The notes under the pieces are model-generated. The model was not told the DNA's origin. It saw nothing but the letters and a program-made list of their open reading frames with translations, and searched no databases. Of a stretch of 64,000 nucleotides of DNA, positions 26,270 through 38,731 are shown in pieces (positions within the stretch are counted from its first letter, which is position 1; every line of letters begins with the position of its first letter). This stretch comes from Hemiscyllium ocellatum. Taxonomy: Eukaryota. The position numbers were made by a program, and so were the translations under genes. The stretch spans positions 2,604,001 to 2,668,000 of the forward strand of contig NC_083418.1 in assembly GCF_020745735.1 (NCBI RefSeq), in the 5' to 3' direction.

Positions 26270-28130
26270 CAGGTGTGATGATTTGTGTGACTTGTGTTTG
26301 ATTAAATTAGAAGTGAGAGAAATGGCTCTTAATATTATTAAAGAAGTTCAGTGACTTGCATTGATTCTCAAATATGCCAAGAAACTTTAGAAGGAAAGAA
26401 AAAATCTCATAGTTGAAATTAGCAAAGATGTTAGATTTGTGTTTAACAAAGGAAAAAAATTAAAGCTGTCATTGTAAGAGAGTAACTCAAAAACTTAGAT
26501 GTGTCAGAGGAACGGAGAATTTCAGTTGATGTAGAAAATCATGAAGTTCAATTTCGGAAAATGGAGCTCGAGGAGAAACAAAGAGAGAGAGAAGAAAGAG
26601 AAAGAGAGACAGCATAAAGAGAGAGGAGGAAAGACAGAGAGAGAAGATTCTTGGCTGAGCAAAGTGTGAGAGAAGAAAGGGAGAGAGAAAGAGAGGTGAA
26701 AAAGAAAGAGAGAGAAGGTTCTGAGCTTAGAAAAAAGGGAGAAGATTTGAGCGTGAGATATTATGACTTAGTCAGCATTTCAAGTTAAGAAGATGTAGAT
26801 TAAAATAGAATGCATTGATATGCACAAATATGTCAAAACTCTACCACATTGTGATGAAAAAGATGCTGAATCCTTCTTTATTTCAGTTTAAGAATTGGCT
26901 AGGCGAATGTTTATGGGCAGTGCCAGTTCAGACTGAACTAATAGACAGAGCTAGTGAGGTATTTGCCCAGCGATTGGGTGAAGTATAACGAGATTGTGAA
27001 GACGTTTGACAGGGTGCTTATGGATTGTTACCAGAAGCGTATAGACAACGGTGCAGAAACATCAAGAAGGGGCCAGGCCAGACATACGTTGAGTTTGAAA
27101 GAATAAAATATCGCATTTTTGATCGATAGATGCATGCTTTAAAGACAGATTGGAACTTTAAGGCTCTCAGAGAGTCTATTCTGCTTGTGGAGTGTAAAAA
27201 CTCACTTCCAAAATTGGGAAGAATTAACATGGAGGAACAGAAACCTCAGGAACTGAGAAGGGTATCAGAATTAGCAAATGAGTACATGTTGATGCATAAG
27301 ACAATCTCCCAACATAATTCCGTCCGGTGAGGGGTAGACGTTTGGATAAGAGGAGATTCTACACTGCCATATAAAGAGTAGGGAACACTGGCAAGGGTCT
27401 ACCACAGATTACGAAAATAGCCCAAGATGGTGAAAAGGAGGTGAAAGCCTCACGTGCTTACACTGTTGTAACGTGCGACACGTAAAGAGACAGTGCCCGT
27501 CTTTTAAGAAAGGTACTGTGGGAAAATATGTTGTCAAGGAAGCTAAGCCTTTGGCATTGGTAGTAAAGGAAACCCTAGGGAGTGCCGAGGAATTGCAGTC
27601 GAGTGCACGGGAGTGTAACGTTTACTCAGATACAACAGGAAGGGAAGAACAAAAAGTTATAATTTTGAGGGATACTGAATCTAACGAGTCGCTGATAGTA
27701 AGAGTTGAGCAAATGCGCACATTTTCTGATCATTTACCCAAGAGTGTGGTAATCTGTACGATCGATGTACAGGAATTTAGCGCTCCCCTGTGTTAGATCT
27801 GGTTGGAGTGCCAACATAAAGTTGTGAAAGTTACAGTCGGAGTGATTGACAGTGTTGTTAGTTCCTGAAATCAGTTTGTTCTTGGGAATGTTTTGGCAGG
27901 ATACAATGTGGGATTGACACTCCTTGTGGAGAAGCCAAGAAAGACCAAGAAACTGAGGAATTAAAAGAGAAACATCCTGGTGTTTTCACAGACTATGCAG
28001 TAACCGGTTTCCACTATCATAAATCGCAGCACAAAGCAAAATGTAAATTGAAAAATGAGGGAGCGGAGGTTCAGATAGCGGTTGCCCTGTTTGATTTAAT
28101 GATGCAGGAAAACTTGAACAGGCAGAGGGA
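26270..28130 (+). mobile_element. Gypsy LTR retrotransposon remnant, Gmr1-like (gag with SCAN/capsid-like region, zinc knuckle, protease)
   Basis: E/R-rich coiled-coil tract 26560-26760. PEAYRQR..NIKKGPGQTYVEFERIK...ALRESILLVECKNSLP...ELANEYML. Knuckle remnant C-H-C...H-VKRQC. ILRDTES protease-like motif. Many lesions. Confidence 0.75.
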
Positions 28131-28149
28131 CTAACAGCATTGTTTTGTA

Positions 28150-29095
28150 TGTAAGTTAGCTCGCTGAGCTTAAAGGTCTATTTTCAGACGTTTCGTCACC
28201 ATACTAGGCAACATCATCCTTGAGAATTTCTGTTGATGCGCTGGTGGAAGGTCTGGCCTCTCTATTTTTCGGTCTTGGTTTCCTGAGGTGTGTGATGACA
28301 TTTCTGTTTCTTTTTGTCAAGGGAATGTAGATAGGATCTAAATCCAAGTAGTTATTAATGGATTTCTGATTCGAATGCCATGTCTCTCATAATTTTCGCC
28401 TTTCCGAGAATGTGTGTGCTGTCCCAGTCAAAGTGATGCCCTTCTTTGTCTGTATGTATGGAAACTAGTGTGAGTGGGTCGTGCATTTTGTTGGGTACTT
28501 GGTGCTCAAATATCCTGGTGTCAAGTTTCGTACAAGTTCGGCCGTTGTCTTTTTTTTTACAATTTTTGAATGATAATTTGTAAATGGCGTTAGAATTGCT
28601 TGTGGCATCCATTGGATCCTTCGGGTTTAAGTGTGTTTGTGGGCTAACATGATGCGACGATGCAATAATCGTTTTAAAGAAAGAAACTAGATTGGACAAA
28701 CGAGCAAGAAACCTGCCACCAGGACACATGAACACCAACTGGCCAATGAAATACTGGACCCACACTCACTAGTTTCCACACAGACAGAACAATGAAGGTC
28801 ACCACTTTGACTGGGGCAGAACACACATTCTCGGACAGGAGAAACAAGGACACGCATGAGACTTCCTACAGGGATGGCTTTCTAACTGGAACTTCATCAA
28901 TAAACACATCAAATCAATCCCCAATTATCTTCGCTTGAATATAAGAACCGAAAATGACATCACCCATCCTGCAAAACCAAACTGATACGTACCACCAGAC
29001 CTTCACTCGAGACTCTCACAGGTGATGTTATTCGTATGGCGACGAAATGTCTGAAAACACAGCTTCAGGCTCAGTGAGCGAACTTACATATATAA
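28150..29095. mobile_element. Older head-to-head PLE remnant
   Basis: Minus part (ORF 28355-28765, ...HDPLTLVSIHTDKEGHHFDWDSTHILGKAK) then plus part with the same GIY-YIG C-terminus. Mirrored termini gtaagttagctcgctgagc / gctcagtgagcgaacttac. Confidence 0.75.
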
Positions 29096-30000
29096 ACACG
29101 TTGTCCTTGTCCCAGTCAGTGTTACTGATATTGTGAATTAAATACAGTACCCCTGCCCTCGTCAGTGTTGATGAGTCAGTGAGTTAAATGCAGTGCATTT
29201 GTTTCAGTCATTGTTACCTAGTCTGGGAATAATATACAGTGTCTCCCTGCCCCAGTAAGTGATACCGCGCTTGCGAAGAAATGAGTCTCTCTGCCCGAGT
29301 TAGCGCTGCTGCGTTTGTGAATTAAATTCAAAGTCTCTACTACAGTCAGTATTGGTAAAAACAATGTCTGCAGATACTGGAAACCAGATTCTGGAATAGT
29401 GGTGCTGGAAGAGCACAGCAGTTCAAGCAGTATCCGAGGAACAGCAAAGTCGATGTTTTGGGCAAAAGCCCTTCATCAGGAATAAAGGCAGAGCGCCTGA
29501 AGCGTGGAGAGATAAGCTAGAGGAGGTTGGGGGTGGGGCGAAAGTGGCATAGGGTACAATAGGTGAGTGGTGGAGGGGATGAAGGTGATAGGTCAGGGAG
29601 GAGGATGGAGTGGATTGGTGGAAAAGATGCTAGGCAGGTAGGACAAGTTATGGGGAGAGTGCGGAGTTGGACGTTTGGAACTAGGGCGAGGTGGGGGAAA
29701 GGGGAAATGAGGAAAATGTTGAAGTCCACATTGATGCACTGGACTTGAAGTGTTCTGAGGCGGAAGATGAGGCGTTCTTCATCCAGGCGTCTAGTGGTGA
29801 GGGAGTGGCGGTGAAGGAGGCCCAGAACCTCCATGTTGGCGGCAGAGTGGGAGGGGAAGCGGAAATGTTAGTCCACAGGGCGATGTGGTTGATTGGTGCA
29901 AGTATCCCTGAGATATTCCCTAAAGCGCTCTGCTAGTAGGCGTCCAGTCTCCCCAGTGTAGAGGAGACCACATCAGAAGCAAAGGATGCAATAAATATCA

Positions 30001-33000
30001 AGCTGCAGTGACCGGGTCTGAGGCACGAGTTCTGGCTCTGAGGCACAGAAGGGAAAGGCGAGAGGAGGAGAGCGTTATATATAGGAGACTCTATTGTTAG
30101 AGGGACATACAGGCGGTTCTGTGGACATGGGCGAGACTCGCGGTTGTTTTGTTGCCTCCCGGGTTCCAGGGTCGGAGACGTCTCGGACCGTGTCTTCAGA
30201 ATCCTTAAGGGGGAGGGGATGCAGCCAGATTTCGTGGTGCACATTGACACCAACGACATAGGTAGGAAGAGGGGTAGGGAGGTCATTCAGGAGCTCGGGG
30301 AGTTAGGCTGGAAGCTGAAAGCTCGGACGGACAGAGTCGTCAGTTCTGGGTTGTTGACACTGAGGCAATGAACAAGGAGAGAGTGCAGTTGAACACGTGG
30401 CTGCAAGGATGGTGTAGGAGGAAGGGCTTCAGGTATTTGGACAATTGGACTGCATTCTGGGGAAGGTGCGACCTGTACAATGAGGACGGGTTGCACCTGA
30501 ACCAGATGGGCACCAATAACCTGGGAGGTCGGTTTACTGGCATTCTTCGTGGGGGAGCGTTTAAACTAATTTTGGGAGCGGGATAGGATCCGGACTTGTA
30601 GTACAGCAAGTGGGTTAGCTGTTTTTCAGGATGTCCACGAATGTAGGGAGGCTGTGGGGAAGGTAGCACTGACAGGGAACACTTGCAGACACAGAGATGG
30701 TTTCAAATGTGTATAATTCAACGCAAGGAGTATCAGAAATAAGTTGGGTGAGCTTAAGGCGTGGATCGGTATTTGGGACTACGATGTTGTGGCCATCATG
30801 GAAACGTGGATAGAAGAGGGACAGGGATGGTTTGTTGGAGGTTCCAGTTCAGTAAGATTAGGGAGGGTCTTAAAAAAGGAGGGGGCGTGGCTTTGCTAAT
30901 TAGAAATGGTATAATGGCTGCAGAAAGGCAGTTCGAGGGGTATCTGTCTTTGGAGGTAGTATAGGCTGAAGTCAGAAATAGGAAAGGAGCAGTCACCTTG
31001 TTAGGTGTTTACTAAAGGCCCCCCCCCCCCCCCCCCCCCAACAAATAGTAGAGAAACAGATTGGGAAACAGATTTTAGTAAGGTGCAGAAGCCACTGGGT
31101 GGTAGTCATGGGCGATTTCAACTTCCCAAATATTGATTGGAAGTTATTTAGATCAAGTAAATTGGACGGGGTGGTGTTTGTGCAGTGTGTGCAGAAAGCT
31201 TTTCTAACTCAGTATGTAGATTGCCCGACCAGAGGGGAGGCAATATTGGATTTGGTACTTGGTAACGAACCGGGACAAGTGATGGGCTTGTCAGTGGGTG
31301 AGTATTTTGGTGATGGTGACCACAATTCTGTGACTTTCACCTTGTTTATTGAGGGAGATAGCTGCTTGCAACAGGGCAGGTTTTACAATTGGGGGAAGGG
31401 TAAATACGATGCTGAAAGACAGGATCTAAGGAGCATAAGTTGGGAGCATAGGCTGTCAGGGAAGGATGTCATTGAAAGGTGGAACTTTTTCAAGGAACAG
31501 ATATGACGTATTCTTAATATGTATATACGTGTCAGCCAGAAAAGGGATGGTTGTGTAAGGGAACCTTGGTTGACGAGGGAGTTGAATGTCCAGTAAAGGG
31601 GAAGAAGGAGGCTCACACAAGGTTGAGGAAACAAGGTTCAGACAGAGCGTTGGAGAGATACAGGATAGCCAGGAGGGAGCTGAGGAAAGGGATTAGGAGA
31701 GCTAAGAGACGGCATGAAAAATCTTTGGTGGGTAGGATCAAAGTTAACCCTAAGGCCTTTTATGCGTATGTGAGAAGCATGAAAATGACGAGAACGAGGG
31801 TAGGTCTGATCAAGGATAGTAGTGGGAGACTGTGCATTGAGTCGGAAGAGATAGGAGAGTTCTTGAATTAGAACTTTTCTTCAGTATTTACAAAGGTGAG
31901 GGACCGTATTGTTGAAGAGGAGAGTATGAAACGTACTGGTAAGCGAGAGGAGATACTTGTTAGGAAGGAAGATGTGTTGGGCATTTTGAAAATCTTGAGA
32001 ATAGACAAGTCCCCCGGGCCTGACGGGATACATCCTACGATTATACGAGAAGCAAGAGAGGAAATTGCAGAGCCGTTGGCAATGATCATTTCGTCTTCAC
32101 TGTCAACGGGGGTGGTACCAGGGGACTGGATGTGGTGAATGTTGTGCCCCTATTCAAAAAAGTTAATAGGGTTAAACCCGGGAATTACAGGCCAATTAGA
32201 CTTACTTCAGTGGTAGGTAAAGTAATGGAAAGGGTACTGAGGGTTTATGAGTATCTGGAAAGACACCGCTTGATTAGAGACAGCCAGAACGGATTTGTGA
32301 GGGGTAGGTCTTGCCTTACAAGTCTTATCGAATTCTTTGAGGAGGTGACCAAGCATGTGGATGAGGGTAGAGAAGTGGATGCAGTGTACATTGAATTTAG
32401 TGAGGCATTTGATAAGATTCCCCATGGTAGACTTATGCGGAAAGTCAGGAGGCATGGGATAGTGGGAAATTTGGCCAGTTGGATAGAAAACTGGCTAACC
32501 AGTCGAAGTCAGAGAGTGGTGGGAGATGGTAAATATTCAGCCTGGAGCCCCGTTACAAGTGGAGTTCCGCAGGGATCTCTTCTGGGTCCTCTGCTGTTTT
32601 TAAGTTTTATTAATGACTTGGAAGAGGGAGTCGAAGGGTGGGGCAGTAAATTTGCAGACAATACGAAGATTGGTGGAGTTGTGGATAGTGAGGAGGACTG
32701 TTGTCGGCTGCAAAAATACTTTGGAATGATGCAGAGCTGGGCTGAGGAGTGGCAGAAGGAGTTCAAACCTGTCATGTGTGAGGTTGTCCATTTTAGAAGG
32801 ACAAATAAGAATGTGAAATACAGGGTTAACTGTAGGAATCTTCGTAAGGTGGAGGAGCAGAGGGATCTTGCGGTCTATGTTCATTGCTCTTTGAAACATG
32901 CCACTCAGGTTGATACAGCTTATAAGAAGGCTTGTGGTGTATCAGCGTTCATTAGCAGAAGGACTGAATTCAAGAATCGTGAGGTGATGTTGCAGCTTTA

Positions 33001-33547
33001 CAGGACCTTTGTCATATGGTCAAAATGGACCACATTTGGAGTACTGTGTGCAGATCTGGTCGCCTCACTTTCGAAAAGATGTTGAAGCTTTGGAGAGGGT
33101 GCAGAGCAGGTTTACCAGGATGTTGCCTGGAATGGAGAATAGGTCGTAAGAGGATAGGTTGAGAGTGCTATGCCTTTTCTCATTGGAACGGCGAAGGATG
33201 AGGTGACTTGATAGAGTTTTATAAGATGATCAGGGGAATAGATAGAGTAGACAGTCAGAGACTTCACCCCCACCCCCACCCCCCCGGTACAACAGAGTGT
33301 TACAAGGGGACATAAATTTAATGTGAAGGGTGGAAGGTATAGGGGAAATGTCAGGGGTAAGTTCCTTACCCAGAGAGTGGTAGAGGCATGAAATGCGCTG
33401 TCTGTAGCAGTGGCAGAGTCAGAATCATCGGTGACCTGAAAGTGGCAGTTGGATAGGTACATGGATAGGTGCTTAAGCTAGGACAAATGTTCGGCACAAC
33501 ATCGTGGGCCAAAGGGCCTATTCTGTGCTGTATTGTTCTATGTTCTA
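30001..33547 (+). mobile_element. Near full-length degenerate CR1 LINE (ORF1 SGNH/GDSL-esterase region plus ORF2)
   Basis: ORF1 pieces IGDSIVRG, CCLPGSRV, VVHIDTND, DGLHLN. ORF2 pieces FNARSIRNK, VMGDFNFP, GVPQGSLLGP, FADN. Multiple stops and frameshifts, poly-C at about 31019-31039, TTCTATGTTCTA tail. Confidence 0.93.
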
Positions 33548-33606
33548 TTTCTCCGCATCCCCACCCTCCTCTAGCTTTTCTCTCCTTCTTCAGGCTCTAT
33601 CCCTTT

Positions 33607-33642
33607 ATTTCTGACGAAGGGCTTTCGCCCGAAACGTCGATT
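33607..33642 (+). ncRNA. Minimal hammerhead motif
   Basis: CUGACGA-A-GGGC(UUUC)GCCC-GAAAC-GUC-GA. Stem I is weak. Confidence 0.55.
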
Positions 33643-36520
33643 TTGCTGCTCCTCGGATGCTGGCTGAACTGCAGCACCAATCCAAAATACAGTCAGTGTT
33701 ACTGAGTCAATAACAGAAGTACAGTGCTCATGTCCCAGTCAGTGTTTCTGAGGTTGTTAATTATATATAGTGTCTCTGCCCTCGTCAGTGTTGCTGTGTT
33801 TATGAATTAAAGACAGTGTCTCTCTCCCTGTCAATGTTGCTGAGCTTGTAATAAATACAGTATTTCCGCCTCAGTCATTGTTATTGAGCAAGTAAATTAA
33901 ATAGTCTCTGCCCCAATCAGATTTACTGAGTAAATGAATTAATTGTAGTGCCTCCGCTTCAGTCAGTGATGCAGAGATTTTGAATTAAATACAGTGTCTC
34001 TGTTTCAGTCAGTGTTACATAGATTTGGAATTATATGTAGCATCACTGTCTCAGTCGGCGTTAAATAGTTTTAGAATTAAACGTAATGCATCTGCCTCAG
34101 TCAGTGTTTATGAGTTTGAGAATAAGAACAGTGGTCGCTGCCCCAGTAAGTGTGACTGAATCTGTGAATTAATTCCAGTGTCTCTGCCTCGGTCATTGTT
34201 ACTGATTTTGGAATTACAAACAGTGCCACTCCCTCAATCAGTATTACTGATTTTGTAAATTCAATACAGTGCCTTTGTCGCAGCCAGAGGCACTGCCCCA
34301 TGGAAATAAACGCATGAGCTTTGCCTCAATCAGTGTTACTGAGTTAGTGAATTAAATAAAGTGTCTCTTCCGCAGTCAATTTTAAAATGTTCGTGAATCA
34401 AATACATTGTCACTACCTCAGTTAGTGTTACTGAGTTTGTGAATTAAATTCAGTGTTTCTTCGTGTCAGACCGTGTTACTAAGTTTGTGAATAAAATATA
34501 GCATCTCTGTCCATGTCAGTGATTCTGCGTTTGAGAGTCAAAAGCAGTTTCTGTCCCACAGTCAGGGTTACTGAATCAGTGAACTGAATACAGTTTCCCT
34601 GTCATAGTCAGTGTGACTGAGTTGGTGAAGTAAATACAATGGCTCTCCCTCAGTCGGTGTGACTGAGTCCGTGAATTAAATGCAGTTTCTGTGCCTCAGT
34701 CAGTGATAGTGAGTTCGTGAATTAAATACATTGTCTCTGTCCCAGTCAGTGTTACTGATTTTGCGAAGTAAATACAGACTCTCTGCCCGAGTCTGTGTGA
34801 CTGAGTTTGTGAATTAAGTGCAAAGCTTTTGCCTCAGTCAGTATTACTATGTTTGTGAATTAAATACAGAGTCCCTGTTCATGTCGGTTTTACTGAGTCA
34901 GCAAATAAAATGCAGTTTTTCGGCCTCAGTCGTGTTACTGTGTCAGTGAATTAAATAATGTCTCTGTCTCAGTCAGTGTGACTGAGTTAGTGAATTAAAT
35001 TCAGTATCTCTCGCCCAGTCTGTGTTATTGAGTCTGTGAATTTAATACAGTGTGTCTGCCCAAGTCAGTGTTACTGAGTTTGTGAATTATATACAGCGTC
35101 ACTATCCCAGTCAGTGTTACAGATTTTGAGAATTGAATTTAGTATATCTGTCTCGGTCAGTGCGACTCAGGCAGAGAATTAAATAAAGTGGCTCTCTCCC
35201 CGTCATTGTTACTGAGTTTGTGAACTATACAAAGTTTCTGTCTCCCAGTCGGTGTTACTGAGTCAGTGACTTGAATGCAGTGAGACTGCAGCAGTCAGTG
35301 TTATTGATTTTGTGAATTAAAAACAGTGGCGCTGCTCAACTTAGTATTCCTGAATCAGTGAATAAACCCGTTATCTCTGACTCAGTCACTGTTAGTGAAT
35401 CACGTAATTAAATACAGTACCCCTGTACCAGTGAGTATTGCTGAGATTGTGAATTAAATATAGTGTCACTGTAGCTATCACTATTCCTGAGTTTGTGAAT
35501 TAAATATAAAACCTCTGCATTAGCCAGTCTTCCTGCGTTTGTGAATAAAATGCAGTGTCCCTGTGAGTCAGTGAATTAAAGGGTATCTTCCTTCGGTCAA
35601 TTTTACGGATATTGTGAATTAAATACTGTTTCTCTGCCTCTGCCAGTGTTACTGTGTTTGTGAAGTAAATACAATTTCTCTGCATCAGTCAGTGTTACAG
35701 AGGTCGTGCATTAAATTCTGTTTCTCTCCATCAGTCAGAGTTACTGATTCAGCGTTACTGAGTTTGTTAATTAAATACAGAGTCCGTGTTATTGAATTTG
35801 TGAATTGAATACAGTGTCTCTGCACCAGTGATTATTGCTGAGTTTGTGAATTAAATTCAGGGTCACTGTAGCTATCACTGTTCCTAAGTTTGTGAATTAA
35901 ATACAAAACCTCTTAGTCAGTCTTCCTGCGTTTGTGAATAAAATGCAGTGTCCCTGTGAGTCAGCGAATTAAAGGGTCTCTTCCTTCAATCAATTTTACT
36001 GATATTGTGAATTAAATAATGTTTGTCTGCCTCTGCCAGCGTTACTATGTTTGTGAAGTAATAACAATTTATCTGCATCAGTCAGTATTACTGAGTTCGT
36101 GAATTGAATACTGTTTCTCTCCCTCAGTCAGATTTACTGATTCAGTGTTACTGATTTTGTTAATTAAATACAGACTCCGTGTTCTTGACTTGGTGAATTG
36201 AGTACAGTATATCTGCACCAGTGACTCCTGCTAAGTTTGTGAAATAAATACAGTGTTCTTGTCCAGTCAAATTAACTGAGTTTGTCAACTAATACAGTCT
36301 CTTTGCACCAGTGAGTGTTGCTGAGTTTGTGAATTAAACACAGTGTTCCAGTTCCAGTCAATGTGACTGAGTTTGTGAATTAAATACAGAGAGTGAGTGT
36401 TGCTGAGTTTGTGAATTAAATATTGTGTCCCTGTGCCAGTCAATGTCCCTAAGTTTGTGAATGAAATCGATGAACTCTGCCTCAGTCAGTGCTCCCAATT
36501 TTCTGAATTAAAATCAGTGT

Positions 36521-38731
36521 TGTGGTTCTGTTCGCCGAGCTGGACGTTTTTGCTGCAAACGTTTCGTTCCCTGGCTAGGGAACATCATCAGTGCTATTGG
36601 AGCCTCCTGTGAAGCGCTGCTGCGATGTTTCTTCCGGTATTTATGGTGGTTTGTTCTTGCCGCTTCCGGGTGTCACTTTCAGCTGTGGTGGTTTGTATAT
36701 GGGGTCCAGGTCCATGTGTGTGTTAATGGAGTTTGTGGATGAATGCCATGCCTCTAGGAATTCCCTGGCTGTTCTCTGTATGGCTTGTCCTATGATGGTA
36801 GTGTTTTCCCAGTCAAATTCATGTTCCTGGTTGTCTGAGTGTATGGCTACTAGGGATATCTGGTCGTGTCGTTTTGTGGCTGGCTGATGTTCATGGATGC
36901 GGATTGTTAGCTGTCTTCCTGTTTGTCCTATATAGTGTTTTGTGCAGTCCTTGCATGGTATTTTGTAAACTACGTTAGTTTGGCTCGTGCTGGCTATTGG
37001 GTCCTTTGTTCTAGTGAGTTGTTGTCTGAGTGTGGAAGTTGGCTTGTGTGCTGTTATGAGTCCTAAGGGTCGCAGAAGTCTGGGTGTCAGTTCTGAGACG
37101 CTCTTGACGTATGGTAGTGTGGCTAGTCCTTTTGGTTGTGGCATGTCCTCGTTCCGTGGTCTATCTCTTAGGCATCTGGTGATAAAGTTGCGTGGGTATC
37201 CGTTTTTGGCGAATACCTTGTTTCGGTGTTCCTCTTCCTCTTTTCGCAGTTCTGGTGTACTGCAGTGTGTTGTGGCTCTTTTGAATAGTGTCCTGATGCA
37301 GCTTCGTTTGTGTGTGTTGGGGTGGTTACTTTCAAAGGTGTCATCGACGTATCTGATCCAGAGTTTGGGTTGGATTTGTCGTCGGGCTGTATGTTCTAAC
37401 CTTTGCATAACTGCCTCTGCTATGAGTCCCGAGGTTGGTGATCCCTTCGGTGTTCCGTTGATTTGTTCCTATATCTGATTGTTGAATGTAAAGTGTGTGG
37501 TGAGGAACAAGTCTAGTAGTTTAAGTATGCCGTCCTTGTTGATAGGTTCGGCCTCCTGTGTTCTGTTATGTATGTCTGGATCAGATACGTCGATGACACC
37601 TTTGTAATCATCAAAAACACAGAAATAGAAAAAACACACCGAATCATCAATGCCACACTCACAGGAATACGATTCACGAGAGAAGAGGAAAAGGATAGCC
37701 AACTCCCATTCGTAGACGTGTTAGTAGAGAGAAGATCCAACGGAGAATTCACCACAAGGGTACACAGGAAACCAACACACACAGACCAAGTCCTAAACTA
37801 TGAAAGTAACCACCCCAACACACACAAACGAAGCTGCATCAGGACACTATTCAAAAGAGCCACAGCACACTGCAGTACACCAGAACTGCGAAAAGAGGAA
37901 GAGGAACACCTATACAAGGTATTCGCCAAAAACGGATACCCACGCAACTTTATCACCAGATGCCTAAGAGATAGACCACGGAACGAGGACATGCCCCAAC
38001 CAAAAGGACTAGCCACACTACCATACGTCAGGAGCGTCTCAGAACTGACAGCCAGACGACTGCGACCCTTAGGACTCATAACAGCACACAAGCCAACTTC
38101 CACACTCAGACAACAACTCACTAGAAAAAAGGACCCAATAGCCAGCACGAGCCAAACTAACGTAGTTTACAAAATACCATGCAAGGACTGCACAAAACAC
38201 TATATAGGACAAACAGGAAGACAGCTAACAATCCGCATCCATGAACATCAGCGAGCCACAAAACGACACGACCAGCTATCTCTAGTTGCCATACACTCAG
38301 ACAACCAGGAACATGAATTTGATTGGGAAAACACTACCATCATAGGACAAGCCAGACAGAACAGCCAGGGAATTCCTAGAGGCATGCCATTCATCCACAA
38401 ACTCCATTAACAGACACATGGACCTGGACCAAATATACAAACCACTACAGCTGAAAGTGACACCCGAAAGCGGCAAGAACATCCATCAATAGATACATCG
38501 ACCTGGACCCCACATACAAACTACCACAGCTGAAACTGACACCCGGAAGCGGCAAGAACAAACCACTATAAATACCGGAAGAAACATCGCAGCAGCGCTT
38601 CACAGGGGGCTCCAATAGCACTGATGAAGTTCCCTAGCCAGGGAACGAAACTTTTGCAGCAAAAACTTCCAGCTCGGCGAACAGAACCACAACAACGGAC
38701 ACCCGAGCTACAAATCTTCAACCAGACTTTG
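36521..38731. mobile_element. Penelope-like element inserted as two 5'-truncated copies head-to-head (minus 36521-~37565, plus ~37570-38731)
   Basis: RT WIRYVDDTF and GIY-YIG VVYKIPCKDCTKHYIGQTGR...IHEH on both strands (ORFs 36641-37408 minus, 37568-38410 plus). 10-bp TSD aaatcagtgt at 36511-36520 and 38732-38741. Confidence 0.93.
36555..36594 (-). ncRNA. Minimal type I hammerhead ribozyme motif at a PLE 3' end
   Basis: GCA-CUGAUGA-U-GUUCCCU(AGCC)AGGGAAC-GAAAC-GUU-UGC: intact core, 7-bp stem II, 3-bp stem I, ACGU palindrome. Confidence 0.7.

Larger units (their letters stand above)
29351..33687. mobile_element. PLE-derived head-to-head element (left arm 29351-~30000 minus, right arm ~33548-33687 plus) with a CR1 nested between the arms
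   Basis: The left arm on minus encodes GIY-YIG remnants IYCILCF.CGLLYTGETGR and VLGLLH...RRLDEERLIFRL. The arms are inverted repeats. 10-bp TSD tacagtcagt at 29341-29350 and 33688-33697. Confidence 0.8.
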
